From Promethearchaeota archaeon (GTDB lineage Archaea; Asgardarchaeota; Lokiarchaeia; Sigyniarchaeales; SOKP01), in contig JBHLPW010000004.1 of the NCBI GenBank assembly GCA_048939015.1, forward strand, positions 32,001 to 96,000: DNA of 64,000 bases. The letters run 5' to 3'. The notes beneath the pieces are model-generated. The model saw only the letters and a list, made by a program, of their open reading frames with translations. It had not been told where the DNA came from and ran no database searches. Positions within the stretch are counted from its first letter, which is position 1. Every line of letters starts with the position of its first letter. A program made the translations under genes and the position numbers. Of the stretch, positions 1-10,642 are shown in pieces.

Positions 1-1066
1 GCATTTGATCAAGTTCTTTTAATCTTACATTCTCTTCATAAATCAATTTATCAAATTCTTTTTTTTCGGTTATATCTACACCAACATTTAAAGTTGCTGG
101 TTTACCTTGATATATAATTGAACTGCTATAAATATCTAACCATCTAATACTTCCATTTTTGGTGATGATTCTTATATCTTGTCGATTTTTTCCATAGCTT
201 TCTCCAGATTGGGATGTATAAAAAAGATTATAAACTTTATCGAAATCTTCTGGTAGTATTAGTTTTTCATATAATTCTTTTGGCTTCCATGCTTTTATCT
301 CCTCAAGCGAATATCCCATAAAATCGATTAATTTAGGATTGATAAATTTAAATAAATCATCTTGTATAATTGCGATTGATACCTCTGAAAATTCAGCAAT
401 CGATCTAAATTTTTCTTCAGATTCCCTTAGATTTTGCTCCACTTTTTTCCGTTCGATTATCTCATTTGTTAATTTTGTTAATGCAACAGCCATATCAGCT
501 TTAGTGGCTTCATCCGTGCTTAATAGTTTTTCAATCTCTTCTTCAATAGTAAGATCTGAAGGTTCAACCATAAATTCGTCAAATTCATCTCCTTTAGCGA
601 TAAACTTTGTTTGTATTGCCCAACAATTAGTTTTGAAATGTTTAGAACAATATCCTGCCATCTTTCCAGCTACCATACCACTCCCCCAACAAACACCCAG
701 TGCTTTTTGGTATCGTCCTTCCCAGCTATCTTTAACCCGAAACCAGCACTTTTTTTCACTTTCATCAATTGAAATAAGCTCCCAATGACCCCAACCAGCT
801 ACAGCAGCAATATTCGCAATCGCTTCAAACCCCTTTTTAAAATCTGAAAGCTTCATAAAAACCTGCCAATCAGCTTCCACACTTTTCCGCCCTTCACTTT
901 GTAAAGCTAAATTGAAACGTTTAGGACCAACCATATACTGTAAACCGGACATTAAACCTGCAAGTGTTGAACCGACCCACATCATAGCCACAGGCAGTTT
1001 TTCGAATGTGCATGTGCCCTTTTCCGGTTCCCATTCAATAGTTATATTATTTACGTTTATTTTCAT
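1..1066 (-). CDS. V4R-like + PAS domain sensor protein, probably a histidine kinase (3' end runs off the window)
   Basis: Absent from the ORF track. My translation from ATG 1066: MKINVNNITIEWEPEKGTCTF...AGWGHWELISIDESEKKCWFRVKDSWEG...CWGSGMVAGKMAG...ERKKVEQNLRESEEKFRSIAE...IITKNGSIRWLDI...VGVDITEKKE...LKELDQM. This is a V4R-like domain, coiled coil, PAS/PAC, then a typical lead-in to HisKA. The kinase domain itself is outside the window. Confidence 0.8.
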   Translation of the reverse strand, partial: MKINVNNITIEWEPEKGTCTFEKLPVAMMWVGSTLAGLMSGLQYMVGPKRFNLALQSEGRKSVEADWQVFMKLSDFKKGFEAIANIAAVAGWGHWELISIDESEKKCWFRVKDSWEGRYQKALGVCWGSGMVAGKMAGYCSKHFKTNCWAIQTKFIAKGDEFDEFMVEPSDLTIEEEIEKLLSTDEATKADMAVALTKLTNEIIERKKVEQNLRESEEKFRSIAEFSEVSIAIIQDDLFKFINPKLIDFMGYSLEEIKAWKPKELYEKLILPEDFDKVYNLFYTSQSGESYGKNRQDIRIITKNGSIRWLDIYSSSIIYQGKPATLNVGVDITEKKEFDKLIYEENVRLKELDQM

Positions 1067-1517
1067 AGCAGATTTCAATATTCTTAAATTATTGGAAATT
1101 CAATAAATTAAGCTATCTTTATTAAAGCTTTTATTCAGGATTTTATTCAAATCTGAAATATTTACTTTTATACTTTAATGTCAGATCTTTTGCTACAATT
1201 TTTTATCTAAATCCTTAATATACTTATGTTATTTAACACTTTTGACTTTAGAATTTAGTTTTAAAACTCGAATTAACTATGTATTTACTATTTAAATCAA
1301 TTAGAATGAAAGATCCTACAAACTGTAATTTTGAAAAATGAGATAAAATTATAAAAGTAATCAGTGCAGATCAGTATTATCATCAATCTTCTTAGTTGAA
1401 AAACTTTCTGTAGATTTCATATTGCCAGCACTTCATCGAGAGCATTAAGGGGTATCCAAGCCCTAATAGTCCCACTTTTTATAATTTTATCTCATAATTA
1501 AAAAGGAAATTTAGGTT

Positions 1518-2471
1518 TTAATTCTTTTTCCACATTCGATCAATCAATATTAGTATAATCGGTATAACTATTTGAATTATTTCTGAGGCAAGAGTAGCTG
1601 GTATAAACTCAAAAGTCATATTTCCTATTGCATGTAACAGTGCAGTAGATAACACACTTCCTCCAGTACGATTATAAAGCCAAGTAAGAATAATAGCTAT
1701 TTTTATAGTGTTTATTAGAAAAAGGATGAATCGAAAAGCAGAATCATATTGAGGTATATAAATAGGGGCGTGCCAAAATCCCCAAATTAGTCCTAGAAAT
1801 ATGCTTGCAACAAGAGGTGAATATTTTAATTGTATTTTAGGCAAAGCAAAACCACGCCAACCCGGTTCTTCATTAGTACCTGCTCCAAAGAAAAAAGTAT
1901 ACAAGAAAGTAAGTATTATTAATCCAAAAAGCTCAATTCCAGTGGGTAAAGGCATCCATACAACAGGTTGACCAAATCCTAATGTAATACCTATACCTAT
2001 TAAAAAAATCACTGGTAAATATAGAACTGCAATTATATAATATCCAAAATGTCCTTCAGGTCTTATATAGGATTTAAAAATAACCCTTATATCTTGATTC
2101 TTGGAAAACCCAGATGAAACAACCAAGGCGGGTAATAATCCCAGTAGAATAGCCCCTATTATGATTAAGAGGGGTAAATCACCAATTTTTATTAGATAAT
2201 TCAAAATAAAAGTGAATGTAGCGATCACCCAGATAATAAAAAAAATGATCCATTTGACTCTTGCTTTATTGAAATCTTGTTTATTGCCTGTTATCTTTGA
2301 GATAATAATTGCACTTAAAGCAGGAGCATAAATAGCAACTATAATTATTAATATGCTAAGTTCATTGGGGACTAAAATGTAAATTATAAATAAAATCCAT
2401 GAGAAGCTAAAGGTTAATATGAAGAAAATAATTAACGGATAACGCCTAATCGAGTTAATTAAATTAACCAC
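1518..2471 (-). CDS. CPBP/Abi (CAAX protease-like) intramembrane metalloprotease
   Basis: Multi-TM protein with EEPGWRG, WGFWH and HAIGN motifs. Confidence 0.9.
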   Translation of the reverse strand: MVNLINSIRRYPLIIFFILTFSFSWILFIIYILVPNELSILIIIVAIYAPALSAIIISKITGNKQDFNKARVKWIIFFIIWVIATFTFILNYLIKIGDLPLLIIIGAILLGLLPALVVSSGFSKNQDIRVIFKSYIRPEGHFGYYIIAVLYLPVIFLIGIGITLGFGQPVVWMPLPTGIELFGLIILTFLYTFFFGAGTNEEPGWRGFALPKIQLKYSPLVASIFLGLIWGFWHAPIYIPQYDSAFRFILFLINTIKIAIILTWLYNRTGGSVLSTALLHAIGNMTFEFIPATLASEIIQIVIPIILILIDRMWKKN

Positions 2472-2522
2472 ACTAATTCTCCTTATTAAATAACAAATTT
2501 TTTAGTGATCATAGAAAATTCG

Positions 2523-3848
2523 CTATTTTAAATGTTTTGGTACTATTTGAGACTTTAATAAATCATCAAATGTTTCTTTCTCTCGGATTTTGTATATATT
2601 ACCGTCATTTATTAAAAGTTCTATAGGTCTAGGCCTTGAATTATACGAGCTGCTCATAGTAAATCCATATGCTCCTGCATCTAATATCACAATGTAATCT
2701 CCCTCGTTCAATTTAGGTAATTCTCTTTCCTTTCCAAGAACATCTCCGGATTCACATATAGGACCTACAACATCATACTCCGCAGTTTCTCTTGTATTTT
2801 TCTTACAAGCAAGAATATGATGGTATGAACCATACATGGTTGGTCGAATTAATGTATGGAATCCCGCATCTAATCCAGCAAATAATTTATAACCATTATC
2901 TTTTATTGTATTTATTTGTGCTAAAATAATACTTGCTTCAGCAGAAATATAGCGCCCTGGTTCAATAAAAAGAAAAGGCTCACCAATTTCTCCTTTTTCT
3001 ACTATTTCTTGGAAATTATCAATTACAATTTCACTATATTTCTTTAAATCTAATGGATTTGCCTCTGGATGGTAGGGGATGCCTAAACCACCTCCAAAAT
3101 CTACAAAATCAAATTGAATTCCTATTTCATTTACTATCTTCTCTATTATATATAGATATTTTTCAATAGGTTTTTCATAATCTTTAGCATCAATAATACC
3201 CGATCCAATATGTTGATGAATCCCGAACTTTTTAAAGCCTACCTCCTTTGCTTTTTTATAAGTTTTAAGTAATTGACTTTCTAATATTCCAAATTTAATT
3301 TCTTTTCCTGCTGTTATAGTATGAGGGTGATGTCCTGCCCCAAATTCAGGATTAAATCTAAAAGAAATGATATCTTTTTCTTTTCCCCTTTTATCATAGA
3401 TTTTAGATAACCTGATTAATTGGCTATAACTATCTAAGTTAGTTAACACATCCTTATCAAGAGCAAATTCAAAATCATGATTCGTAAACATATTTCCTGT
3501 ATAGATTATGCGATCTGGAGATATTCCCGACTTTAAACACGAATAAATCTCTCCTGTTGATGAACAATCAAAGTATGATCCTTCTGATCTTAGTATTTTT
3601 AAAATAGATAAATTAGTGTTTGATTTTACAGCAAAATAGATTCTATTCTTTTTATAACTCGAATTTAGAATGTCCTTTAATTCTTTATATCTCTTTCGAA
3701 TCAATTGTTCATTCATAACATAAATAGGTGTACCAAATTTTTCTGCAATCTCCAATGTATTCATACTGGCAAAAAAAAGTTCTCCATCCCGGTATTCTAA
3801 ATCTTTTCTATTTAACCAATCTAAAAAATCCATAATATCATACATCAA
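2523..3848 (-). CDS. lysA: Diaminopimelate decarboxylase
   Basis: FAVKSN PLP-lysine, KFG, HIGS, GGG, EPGR, GPICESGD and YNSRP motifs; adjacent to dapF. Confidence 0.95.
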   Translation of the reverse strand: MMYDIMDFLDWLNRKDLEYRDGELFFASMNTLEIAEKFGTPIYVMNEQLIRKRYKELKDILNSSYKKNRIYFAVKSNTNLSILKILRSEGSYFDCSSTGEIYSCLKSGISPDRIIYTGNMFTNHDFEFALDKDVLTNLDSYSQLIRLSKIYDKRGKEKDIISFRFNPEFGAGHHPHTITAGKEIKFGILESQLLKTYKKAKEVGFKKFGIHQHIGSGIIDAKDYEKPIEKYLYIIEKIVNEIGIQFDFVDFGGGLGIPYHPEANPLDLKKYSEIVIDNFQEIVEKGEIGEPFLFIEPGRYISAEASIILAQINTIKDNGYKLFAGLDAGFHTLIRPTMYGSYHHILACKKNTRETAEYDVVGPICESGDVLGKERELPKLNEGDYIVILDAGAYGFTMSSSYNSRPRPIELLINDGNIYKIREKETFDDLLKSQIVPKHLK

Positions 3849-3880
3849 AACTTTTAAAATGATTTACATCTTAGAACTCG

Positions 3881-4762
3881 TTAAACTTCAATTTTTTCAA
3901 TAATTCCATCGAAGACTTTTTCTATTGGACCTTCCATAAGTACTGTTTTGCCCGTATATGTTATTTTTAAATCTCCTCCGTCGTTATGAACTATTACAGG
4001 GGCATTTTTTTTAAAAATACCCAGGATCGTGCCTGCAACAACAGTGGCACATGCTCCAGTGCCACAAGATTTAGTAATTCCAACGCCTCTTTCAAAAACT
4101 CTTACAATACTCTCTTCATTCGAAAGAACCTTAACAAATTCAACATTTACTTTATTTGGAAAGCTATCATGAGATTCTATTGCCGCTCCATACATATTTA
4201 GTTGCTCATCATTAATTTGATTTTCGGTAAATATAACAGCGTGCGGATTCCCCATTGAAACGGCTGTAAAGTTAAAAATTTTGTCTAAAATCACGATATT
4301 TTCATTTACACATCGATCGACTGGATTATCTAAGATAACAGGAATTTCTTCACATTTTAGGATGGGTGGTCCCATATCAATTTCAACACTATTTACCTTA
4401 TCATCAATAATACTTAATTTAGCTAATAAGATCCCCTTAAGAGTTTCAATAGTTATCTCATCTTTTTTAACAATACTGTTCTCATAAATATATTTAGCAA
4501 AACATCTTATCCCATTCCCGCACATTTCCGCTTCTAATCCGTCATTATTAAATATCCTCATTTTAATGTCAGCGTTGCTGGATTCACATATAAAAATTAG
4601 ACCGTCTGCTCCTATTGAAAAATGAATTTCACATAATTTCAGTGCTAATGCGGATTTTTTATTTTCTGGAATATTCCATTTAATATCATCGATTATTATA
4701 TAATCATTTCCTAGACCATGATATTTACCAAAATCTAAATTTTCTAAAAATAAATGCTCCAT
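3881..4762 (-). CDS. dapF: Diaminopimelate epimerase
   Basis: KYHGLGNDY, EMCGNGIRC, GNPH and ERGVG.T.SCGTGAC motifs. Confidence 0.97.
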   Translation of the reverse strand: MEHLFLENLDFGKYHGLGNDYIIIDDIKWNIPENKKSALALKLCEIHFSIGADGLIFICESSNADIKMRIFNNDGLEAEMCGNGIRCFAKYIYENSIVKKDEITIETLKGILLAKLSIIDDKVNSVEIDMGPPILKCEEIPVILDNPVDRCVNENIVILDKIFNFTAVSMGNPHAVIFTENQINDEQLNMYGAAIESHDSFPNKVNVEFVKVLSNEESIVRVFERGVGITKSCGTGACATVVAGTILGIFKKNAPVIVHNDGGDLKITYTGKTVLMEGPIEKVFDGIIEKIEV

Positions 4763-4903
4763 GAACTCTCTAAAGTATATGCTTAAGACAATATTATTAA
4801 ATTTTATTCAACATATAAAAAATAAAAATCTAAAGTGAATTTTAATTAAAACTCATAATTATAATATAATATATTTTTTCAATTTGTTTCGGTAACTTTA
4901 ATA

Positions 4904-5461
4904 ATGAAATATAAAAAGACATCATTATCGATATTATTACTTTTAATGGTAATCCCAATTAATAATGTCTTAGCTTTCAATTATATTGATAATATGAATA
5001 ATGGGAATTATATTTTCTTCCTAATTGATTTAGATGTAGATCATAATATTGAACTTAGTCTTACGCATTCAGAAAGTGGAAATTTTACTCTTTTTTTATT
5101 TAATATACGACCTGTACAATCCTATATGAATGAGGATAACACATTAAGGAGTGTGATATTTAATACTCCACCAACAGTTGCATATAGCCTGGATGATAAT
5201 CCGTATATAAATTATACAGCAACTGAAGAAAAAATTTATTACATTGAAATAATATTAATCGACGGTGGACCAGATACTTTCTTTTTTACATCTACAATAA
5301 CTTATAGCAATGGTACAATTATAAATAAAGAATTAACAAGATATTACCTTCCAATAATACCTAGTTTCCCTCTCGAATACATGATAACTTCTATTTTAAT
5401 AACTGTCAGTTTTGTTTTAATTATATATAAAAAAAAGATGAACAATAAGCAACCTTTTTAA
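4904..5461 (+). CDS. Secreted/surface protein with C-terminal sorting-signal-like membrane anchor
   Basis: N-terminal signal peptide; C-terminal IPSFP + hydrophobic helix + KKK, resembling PGF-/Loki-CTERM-type tails. Confidence 0.65.
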   Translation: MKYKKTSLSILLLLMVIPINNVLAFNYIDNMNNGNYIFFLIDLDVDHNIELSLTHSESGNFTLFLFNIRPVQSYMNEDNTLRSVIFNTPPTVAYSLDDNPYINYTATEEKIYYIEIILIDGGPDTFFFTSTITYSNGTIINKELTRYYLPIIPSFPLEYMITSILITVSFVLIIYKKKMNNKQPF

Positions 5462-5542
5462 TATATCCAGAAATATCTTCTTCTAAATATTTTTTTGAAA
5501 TTTATCTTAAATCTCAACATTGGATGAATTAGTTGATAAAAT

Positions 5543-7216
5543 ATGTATGAGACTAAACCTTGGTTAAATTTTTATGATAAGCATGTTCCCGAACATATCG
5601 ATTATCTTAAGAGTACGATATATAATGCTGTAAAGCAAACTGCAGAAAGATATCCTGAGTCAATAGCTTATGATTTTATGGGATATGAATCCACATATAG
5701 ACAAATGATTGAAGATATTGATCAATGCGCTAAAGCTTTATATAATTTAGGATTAAAACAAGGGGATCGAATGACAATATCCATGCCAACCTCTCCTCAA
5801 GGAATTATCTGTTTTTACGCAATAAATAAAATCGGGGCTATTGCGAGCATGATCCATCCCTTAAGTCCTCCAAGTCAAATTGAGTTTTTTTTAAATCTGA
5901 GTAATAGTACACATCTGCTTACTCTTGATAAAGTTTATGCTAATGTCGAGAAAGTTATTGATAAGACACCATTAAAAATGACAATTCTAACTCAACTGGG
6001 CCCAGAACGAGTAGATGTACCTGAGAATCCTAAAATCCAATGGTGGAAATATATTATGGCAAAAAATTACGCTGAAATTCCTAAATCTAGTATGCAACCT
6101 GATGATATGGCGGTAGTGTTATATTCAGGGGGAACTACAGGTGTTCCAAAGGGTATAATGCTTTCTAATTTCAATTTTATAGCTGAAGGTACACAAGTCG
6201 CAACATGGATGGATTTATCTGATAAAGATTCAGCTCTTGCAATTCTGCCAATATTTCATGGCTTTGGTCTGGGAGTATGTGTCAATGCTGTATTTATGGG
6301 AGGAGGAAAAAGTATCTTAGTTCCATCATTTACTCCTGATCAAGTAGCTGATTTGATTAAAAGTAAAAATCCTACCTTACTATTTGGAGTTCCAACGCTG
6401 TACGAAGCTCTTAGTCGAAATGAAAAATTTCAAAAAACCAATTTGAGTTTCCTAAAAGCCGCATTTTGCGGGGCAGACACGCTCCCTCGGACTACTAAAG
6501 AGAAATTTGAAAAAATTTGTAGAGATAATGGATCTCAAGTACAACTTAGAGAAGGATATGGGTTAACAGAAGCGGTTACAGGAATTTGTGCCATGCCTTT
6601 AGGTGAATATAGGGAAGGAAGTATTGGAATTCCTTTTCCAGATATGTTGATGAAAATTGTTGAAACTGAAACCACAAAAGAAGCACCAACTGGCGAAGAT
6701 GGTGAATTATGTATAAGTGGTCCGGCGGTAATGTTAGGATATCTTAATCGGTCTGAAGAAACTGCGAAAACATTGAAAAAACATGATGATGGGAGAATCT
6801 GGCTTCATACTGGAGACATTGCTACAATGGATAAAGATGGATTCTTCTATTTTAAAATCAGATTAAAGCGAATGATAAAGTCATCTGGATTCAATGTGTA
6901 TCCAGCTCAAGTCGAAGATGTACTTTATAAACATCCAGATGTCCTTGAAGCATGTGTTATCGGTGTTCCTGATGAAAAACAAGTTCAAAAAGTAAAAGCT
7001 TTTGTAGTTCTAAAAGATCCAAATAAGGAAAGTAAAGAAATGGTAGTAAAATTAATTGACCATTGCAAAGCAAATTTAATCAAATGGAGCTGCCCTCGAG
7101 AAATTGAATTTAGTAAACAATTACCAAAAACTCTTGTCGGAAAAATTGATTTTAAACAATTAGAAAGCCAAGAAAAAGAAAATTTAAAAGCTGCAGGAAA
7201 ATTTGCTGGAGATTAA
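5543..7216 (+). CDS. Long-chain fatty acid-CoA ligase (AMP-binding)
   Basis: YSGGTTGVPKG, EGYGLTE, WLHTGDI and LPKTLVGK motifs. Confidence 0.9.
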   Translation: MYETKPWLNFYDKHVPEHIDYLKSTIYNAVKQTAERYPESIAYDFMGYESTYRQMIEDIDQCAKALYNLGLKQGDRMTISMPTSPQGIICFYAINKIGAIASMIHPLSPPSQIEFFLNLSNSTHLLTLDKVYANVEKVIDKTPLKMTILTQLGPERVDVPENPKIQWWKYIMAKNYAEIPKSSMQPDDMAVVLYSGGTTGVPKGIMLSNFNFIAEGTQVATWMDLSDKDSALAILPIFHGFGLGVCVNAVFMGGGKSILVPSFTPDQVADLIKSKNPTLLFGVPTLYEALSRNEKFQKTNLSFLKAAFCGADTLPRTTKEKFEKICRDNGSQVQLREGYGLTEAVTGICAMPLGEYREGSIGIPFPDMLMKIVETETTKEAPTGEDGELCISGPAVMLGYLNRSEETAKTLKKHDDGRIWLHTGDIATMDKDGFFYFKIRLKRMIKSSGFNVYPAQVEDVLYKHPDVLEACVIGVPDEKQVQKVKAFVVLKDPNKESKEMVVKLIDHCKANLIKWSCPREIEFSKQLPKTLVGKIDFKQLESQEKENLKAAGKFAGD

Positions 7217-7235
7217 TCTAACTCAGATTAAAACA

Positions 7236-8495
7236 TTAATTTCCTTCCCAACCTGCTAGCCTAGCAAAAAGATACCAGCACGCATATGCTTTTAAATTAG
7301 AATTTAGCGGATGTGTATGAGCTGCTCCACATTGGTACCAGTCTCCGCCATTCGGTTCGTTATCAGCTGTATCAGTTGTACTTGTCATTTCAGTTTTTCC
7401 TATTATCCATTCTAATGCCCAATTCCCCTCTGTATAACTACAGTCGTCATTAACATTATCATCAAGGAAATAATTATCATCTGGATCATAACTTTCAATA
7501 TCAGCAAAATCAAACAAAATTCTGTTATATGCCCTACAGTGTTCTCGAATAAGTTCATTTTGTAAATTATTTGTTCCACCTATCCCTTGGCCATCTACAT
7601 GACCTGTCATAAATACAAATTTAACCTCGGTTGTTGAATTTCTCCCCTTGGAACCTCCAGTAGAATAGGCAGAAATTAGATACTCCATATGGGATAAATA
7701 TCTCGTAATATTGTGTCCTGCAATACTGCACCACGACCACATAATAACATTTGTTCCGGGATTATTTGGATGATCTAAATATTCTTCCGTAGCTGCAGCC
7801 CAGGCATCATCATTTGGATTTCCTAAATCATGAGCAGTAATAGTTGTTAAAGCTCCACCAAATTCGCCATTATAATCATAGAATTCAAGTATAGAATCAT
7901 TAGTAGCACCACTGGGGCCAAACAAGTATATATTGTTTCCCCCCATAAATGCATCTAAATTAGCCATTCCTGAGGTTAATTGACTCCCATGAGAAGTATG
8001 ACCATAAGCTATATTAAGATTCTTCTTTGCTTCATTTATCCATGCAATAGGTATACTCTTTAAATCTTCCAAATGAGCGTGGTTATGAGTAATGATCCAT
8101 GTGCCTAAGATACTATGATTACTTACTGTTAAAGTCCACAAATGATAAACTACATAATTTCCGTCAGTTAAATTCACTTTAACTGTGTAAGTACCATTTG
8201 GATTAATGCTAGCGTCAAAAATATAGTTAGTATTATTAACTCCTACCTCTGTTCCATTAAGATACCAGCCATAGGCAAGTGGATCACCGTCAGGATCGGA
8301 AGCAATAATATTAAACTCTTGAGTTTCTGTTTCATTAATGTAGGGATCTCCTAAAGGATAATAACTATATATTATCGGAGCTCGATTGGTATTACCTGAA
8401 CCTATAGTTCCACTATTTATTAACCAAATTATAGTTGGTACACTTAAAATGCTGATACAGACTATTATTATTATAGCAGTTTTCTTTCGACTCAT
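7236..8495 (-). CDS. Membrane-anchored protein with Ig/PKD-like domain and C-terminal putative SGNH-like hydrolase domain
   Basis: N-terminal TM helix; NRAP..SDPDGDPL.Y.W..GTYTVKVNLTDG Ig-like pattern; GHTSHGSQL near the start and HPLN near the end of the C-terminal domain. Confidence 0.55.
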   Translation of the reverse strand: MSRKKTAIIIIVCISILSVPTIIWLINSGTIGSGNTNRAPIIYSYYPLGDPYINETETQEFNIIASDPDGDPLAYGWYLNGTEVGVNNTNYIFDASINPNGTYTVKVNLTDGNYVVYHLWTLTVSNHSILGTWIITHNHAHLEDLKSIPIAWINEAKKNLNIAYGHTSHGSQLTSGMANLDAFMGGNNIYLFGPSGATNDSILEFYDYNGEFGGALTTITAHDLGNPNDDAWAAATEEYLDHPNNPGTNVIMWSWCSIAGHNITRYLSHMEYLISAYSTGGSKGRNSTTEVKFVFMTGHVDGQGIGGTNNLQNELIREHCRAYNRILFDFADIESYDPDDNYFLDDNVNDDCSYTEGNWALEWIIGKTEMTSTTDTADNEPNGGDWYQCGAAHTHPLNSNLKAYACWYLFARLAGWEGN

Positions 8496-8769
8496 AAATT
8501 ATCAAATCATTATGATTTGAATTATATTCTTATGTTTGAAAAACATAGTGTTCTTATTATAAATATTTAATTATCTACTAATTCACTTGTATTTACTAAA
8601 TAAAGATAAACAACGAAATTCGACATCAAACTTATTTAAATAATTGTCAAATTCAATAAACAAATTTTAAATTTTTTATAATGTTTTTTTCAATATCATT
8701 AAATACCTAAGATTAAAAGTGTGATGTAAAATTTCCTTCGATGAATTAAGTAAAAAATTAGCAGAATTT

Positions 8770-9924
8770 ATGAAAGATACTAAAGAAATTGAACTTCAAG
8801 ACGTGGATTTGTTTGCAGAATATCTTGAGTTTCAAATGTTACCAAGTATCGTACAAGCTGCTGCTCAAGCTGTATTGCCGGGAGTTCCAGGGAAAGCAGA
8901 ATGGACTCCTGCCAAATTTTCGCTGGACTTAGAATACCCTGGAAAAATTGAAACTGTTGAATTTATCCGATCAAATGGTAAAAAAGCTATTATCGGTGGT
9001 GAAGTAGTGCCTCCATTTTACAATTTTCTAGGGTTAAGCAAGCGAAATCCTAATCCACCCCTCGTTACTTATGATGTATTTGATATGGGAGCGAAAATGA
9101 TGCTTCCTAAACCAATAAAAGAAGAATATGGAGAAGTATTAGGACATCCCGCTGAATGGGCCAAATTTGCTGTTGATAAATTTGGCGCAGAATGTATTAC
9201 TTTTCACTCATTAGAGATTGATCCTGCTATGGGAGATGCTCCCGTTTCACAATCAGTCAAATACTTGGAAGAAATCCTTCAAGCAGTTGATGTACCGGTA
9301 ATTATAGGATGTTCTGGTAATAAAGAAAAGGATAAACAACTCTTTGAAGCAACAGCCCCTATTACCGAAAGTGAGGTCTTGATGCTTTCTGCAGCAGATA
9401 AAGCTACGTGGGAAGATGTTATCCCTTTAGCAGTGAAATATGACCATAATTGCTTACTCTGGACAAGTCTGGATTTAAACAATCAAATTAAAATGAATAA
9501 GGATGCACTGGAATTAGGATTACCTAGAAATCGCATTGTTATGGATCCAACTTGTGCAACATTAGGTTATGGAATGGAATACTCGTTTAGCATTTATCAA
9601 AGAATGCGTGTTGCGGGATTACTAGGTGAAACAGATTTAGCATATCCAATAAGTGGAGGTACAACAAACGCGTGGGGTGCGAGAGAAGCATGGATGAGCG
9701 AAAAGCAAGTTCCCGAATGGGGCCTTCGTCAATATAGAGGTCCAATCTGGGAAATCATGAATGCCTTAAGTCTCAGTCTTGTTGGTTTAGATTTGGCCAT
9801 GATGTTCCATCCTGTTGCTGCAAAACATGTTAAAGATATAACATCTCAGTTTTTCGCTGAAATTCCTAAGGTATTAGAAGATAAAGGCTATTACGATTGG
9901 GTTTCAGCAAATTTGAAAAGATAA
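8770..9924 (+). CDS. cdhD: Acetyl-CoA decarbonylase/synthase delta subunit (corrinoid Fe-S protein small subunit)
   Basis: IGGE..PFY.F, PAEWAK, RIVMDPT..LGYGMEY and NAWGAREAW motifs. Confidence 0.92.
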   Translation: MKDTKEIELQDVDLFAEYLEFQMLPSIVQAAAQAVLPGVPGKAEWTPAKFSLDLEYPGKIETVEFIRSNGKKAIIGGEVVPPFYNFLGLSKRNPNPPLVTYDVFDMGAKMMLPKPIKEEYGEVLGHPAEWAKFAVDKFGAECITFHSLEIDPAMGDAPVSQSVKYLEEILQAVDVPVIIGCSGNKEKDKQLFEATAPITESEVLMLSAADKATWEDVIPLAVKYDHNCLLWTSLDLNNQIKMNKDALELGLPRNRIVMDPTCATLGYGMEYSFSIYQRMRVAGLLGETDLAYPISGGTTNAWGAREAWMSEKQVPEWGLRQYRGPIWEIMNALSLSLVGLDLAMMFHPVAAKHVKDITSQFFAEIPKVLEDKGYYDWVSANLKR

Positions 9925-10027
9925 TTACCATTTCTTTTTTCTATATTTTTTTTATCTTATTTGAACTTGTTAATTAAATTATTTATCTTGAATATCAATA
10001 CTCCGAACGTATAAATTTTATTAATTA

Positions 10028-10231
10028 CTAAGGAGGTTTCGCATCTGGACGTGCTTCTGTTGCTGGCTTACCTTCTATACCCCAATGGGTTTTTGGGATT
10101 TCATGGACAATAACTTCTACAGCTTGAGCTGGAATACCCATATCAACAAAAACTTGAGTTATTCCCTCTATTATTTGTTTAACAGCCTCTACGGAAATTC
10201 CTTTCCACATATTTACATGAATTACTGGCAA
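10028..10231 (-). CDS. 4-oxalocrotonate tautomerase family protein
   Basis: N-terminal catalytic Pro (MPVIHV), 67 aa, HWGIEG; AGGTG SD-like motif upstream. Confidence 0.9.
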   Translation of the reverse strand: MPVIHVNMWKGISVEAVKQIIEGITQVFVDMGIPAQAVEVIVHEIPKTHWGIEGKPATEARPDAKPP

Positions 10232-10334
10232 ATCATAACACCTTAATCTATATATTATATCTAATTTTTTAAATCCATTCTTTTAGAAAAACACTATCTA
10301 AGTCTTTTCATAATTTAAAAATACAATTAATATC

Positions 10335-10622
10335 TCAAGTAAATGAAGAGAAATTGAATTGAATCTCTTTTTCATTCAGCCATTCTCTAAATTTTGTGTC
10401 AGTTTTAAACCGATCTTTTATTAGATATAATAAAACGGAAGATATATCCTCAGCTTTCACTGTTAGCCAATATTCATGATCAAAATCTCCAAAATATTCT
10501 TTTACTGATTGACCACAATCATATCCTGAAAGAAGTAAATCACCATTTTCTTTAATTTCAGCAACGAGGCTATGTTTTTCATTTTCTTTAGTTTGATAAT
10601 CGTAAATTGTGATTTTCTTCAT
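10335..10622 (-). CDS. Hypothetical protein
   Basis: 95-aa ORF with normal codon usage, co-oriented with its neighbours. Confidence 0.7.
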   Translation of the reverse strand: MKKITIYDYQTKENEKHSLVAEIKENGDLLLSGYDCGQSVKEYFGDFDHEYWLTVKAEDISSVLLYLIKDRFKTDTKFREWLNEKEIQFNFSSFT

Positions 10623-10642
10623 AAGATCACTTATAGCACGAT

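Noticed and set aside
339-1106. Plus-strand ORFs 339..788 and 912..1106
   Set aside because: Antisense shadows of the minus-strand V4R-PAS gene.
1405-1480. Locally GC-richer intergenic patch able to form an imperfect hairpin
   Set aside because: No recognisable riboswitch, tRNA or IS-end motif; it could equally be a short gene remnant. An Rfam scan would be needed.
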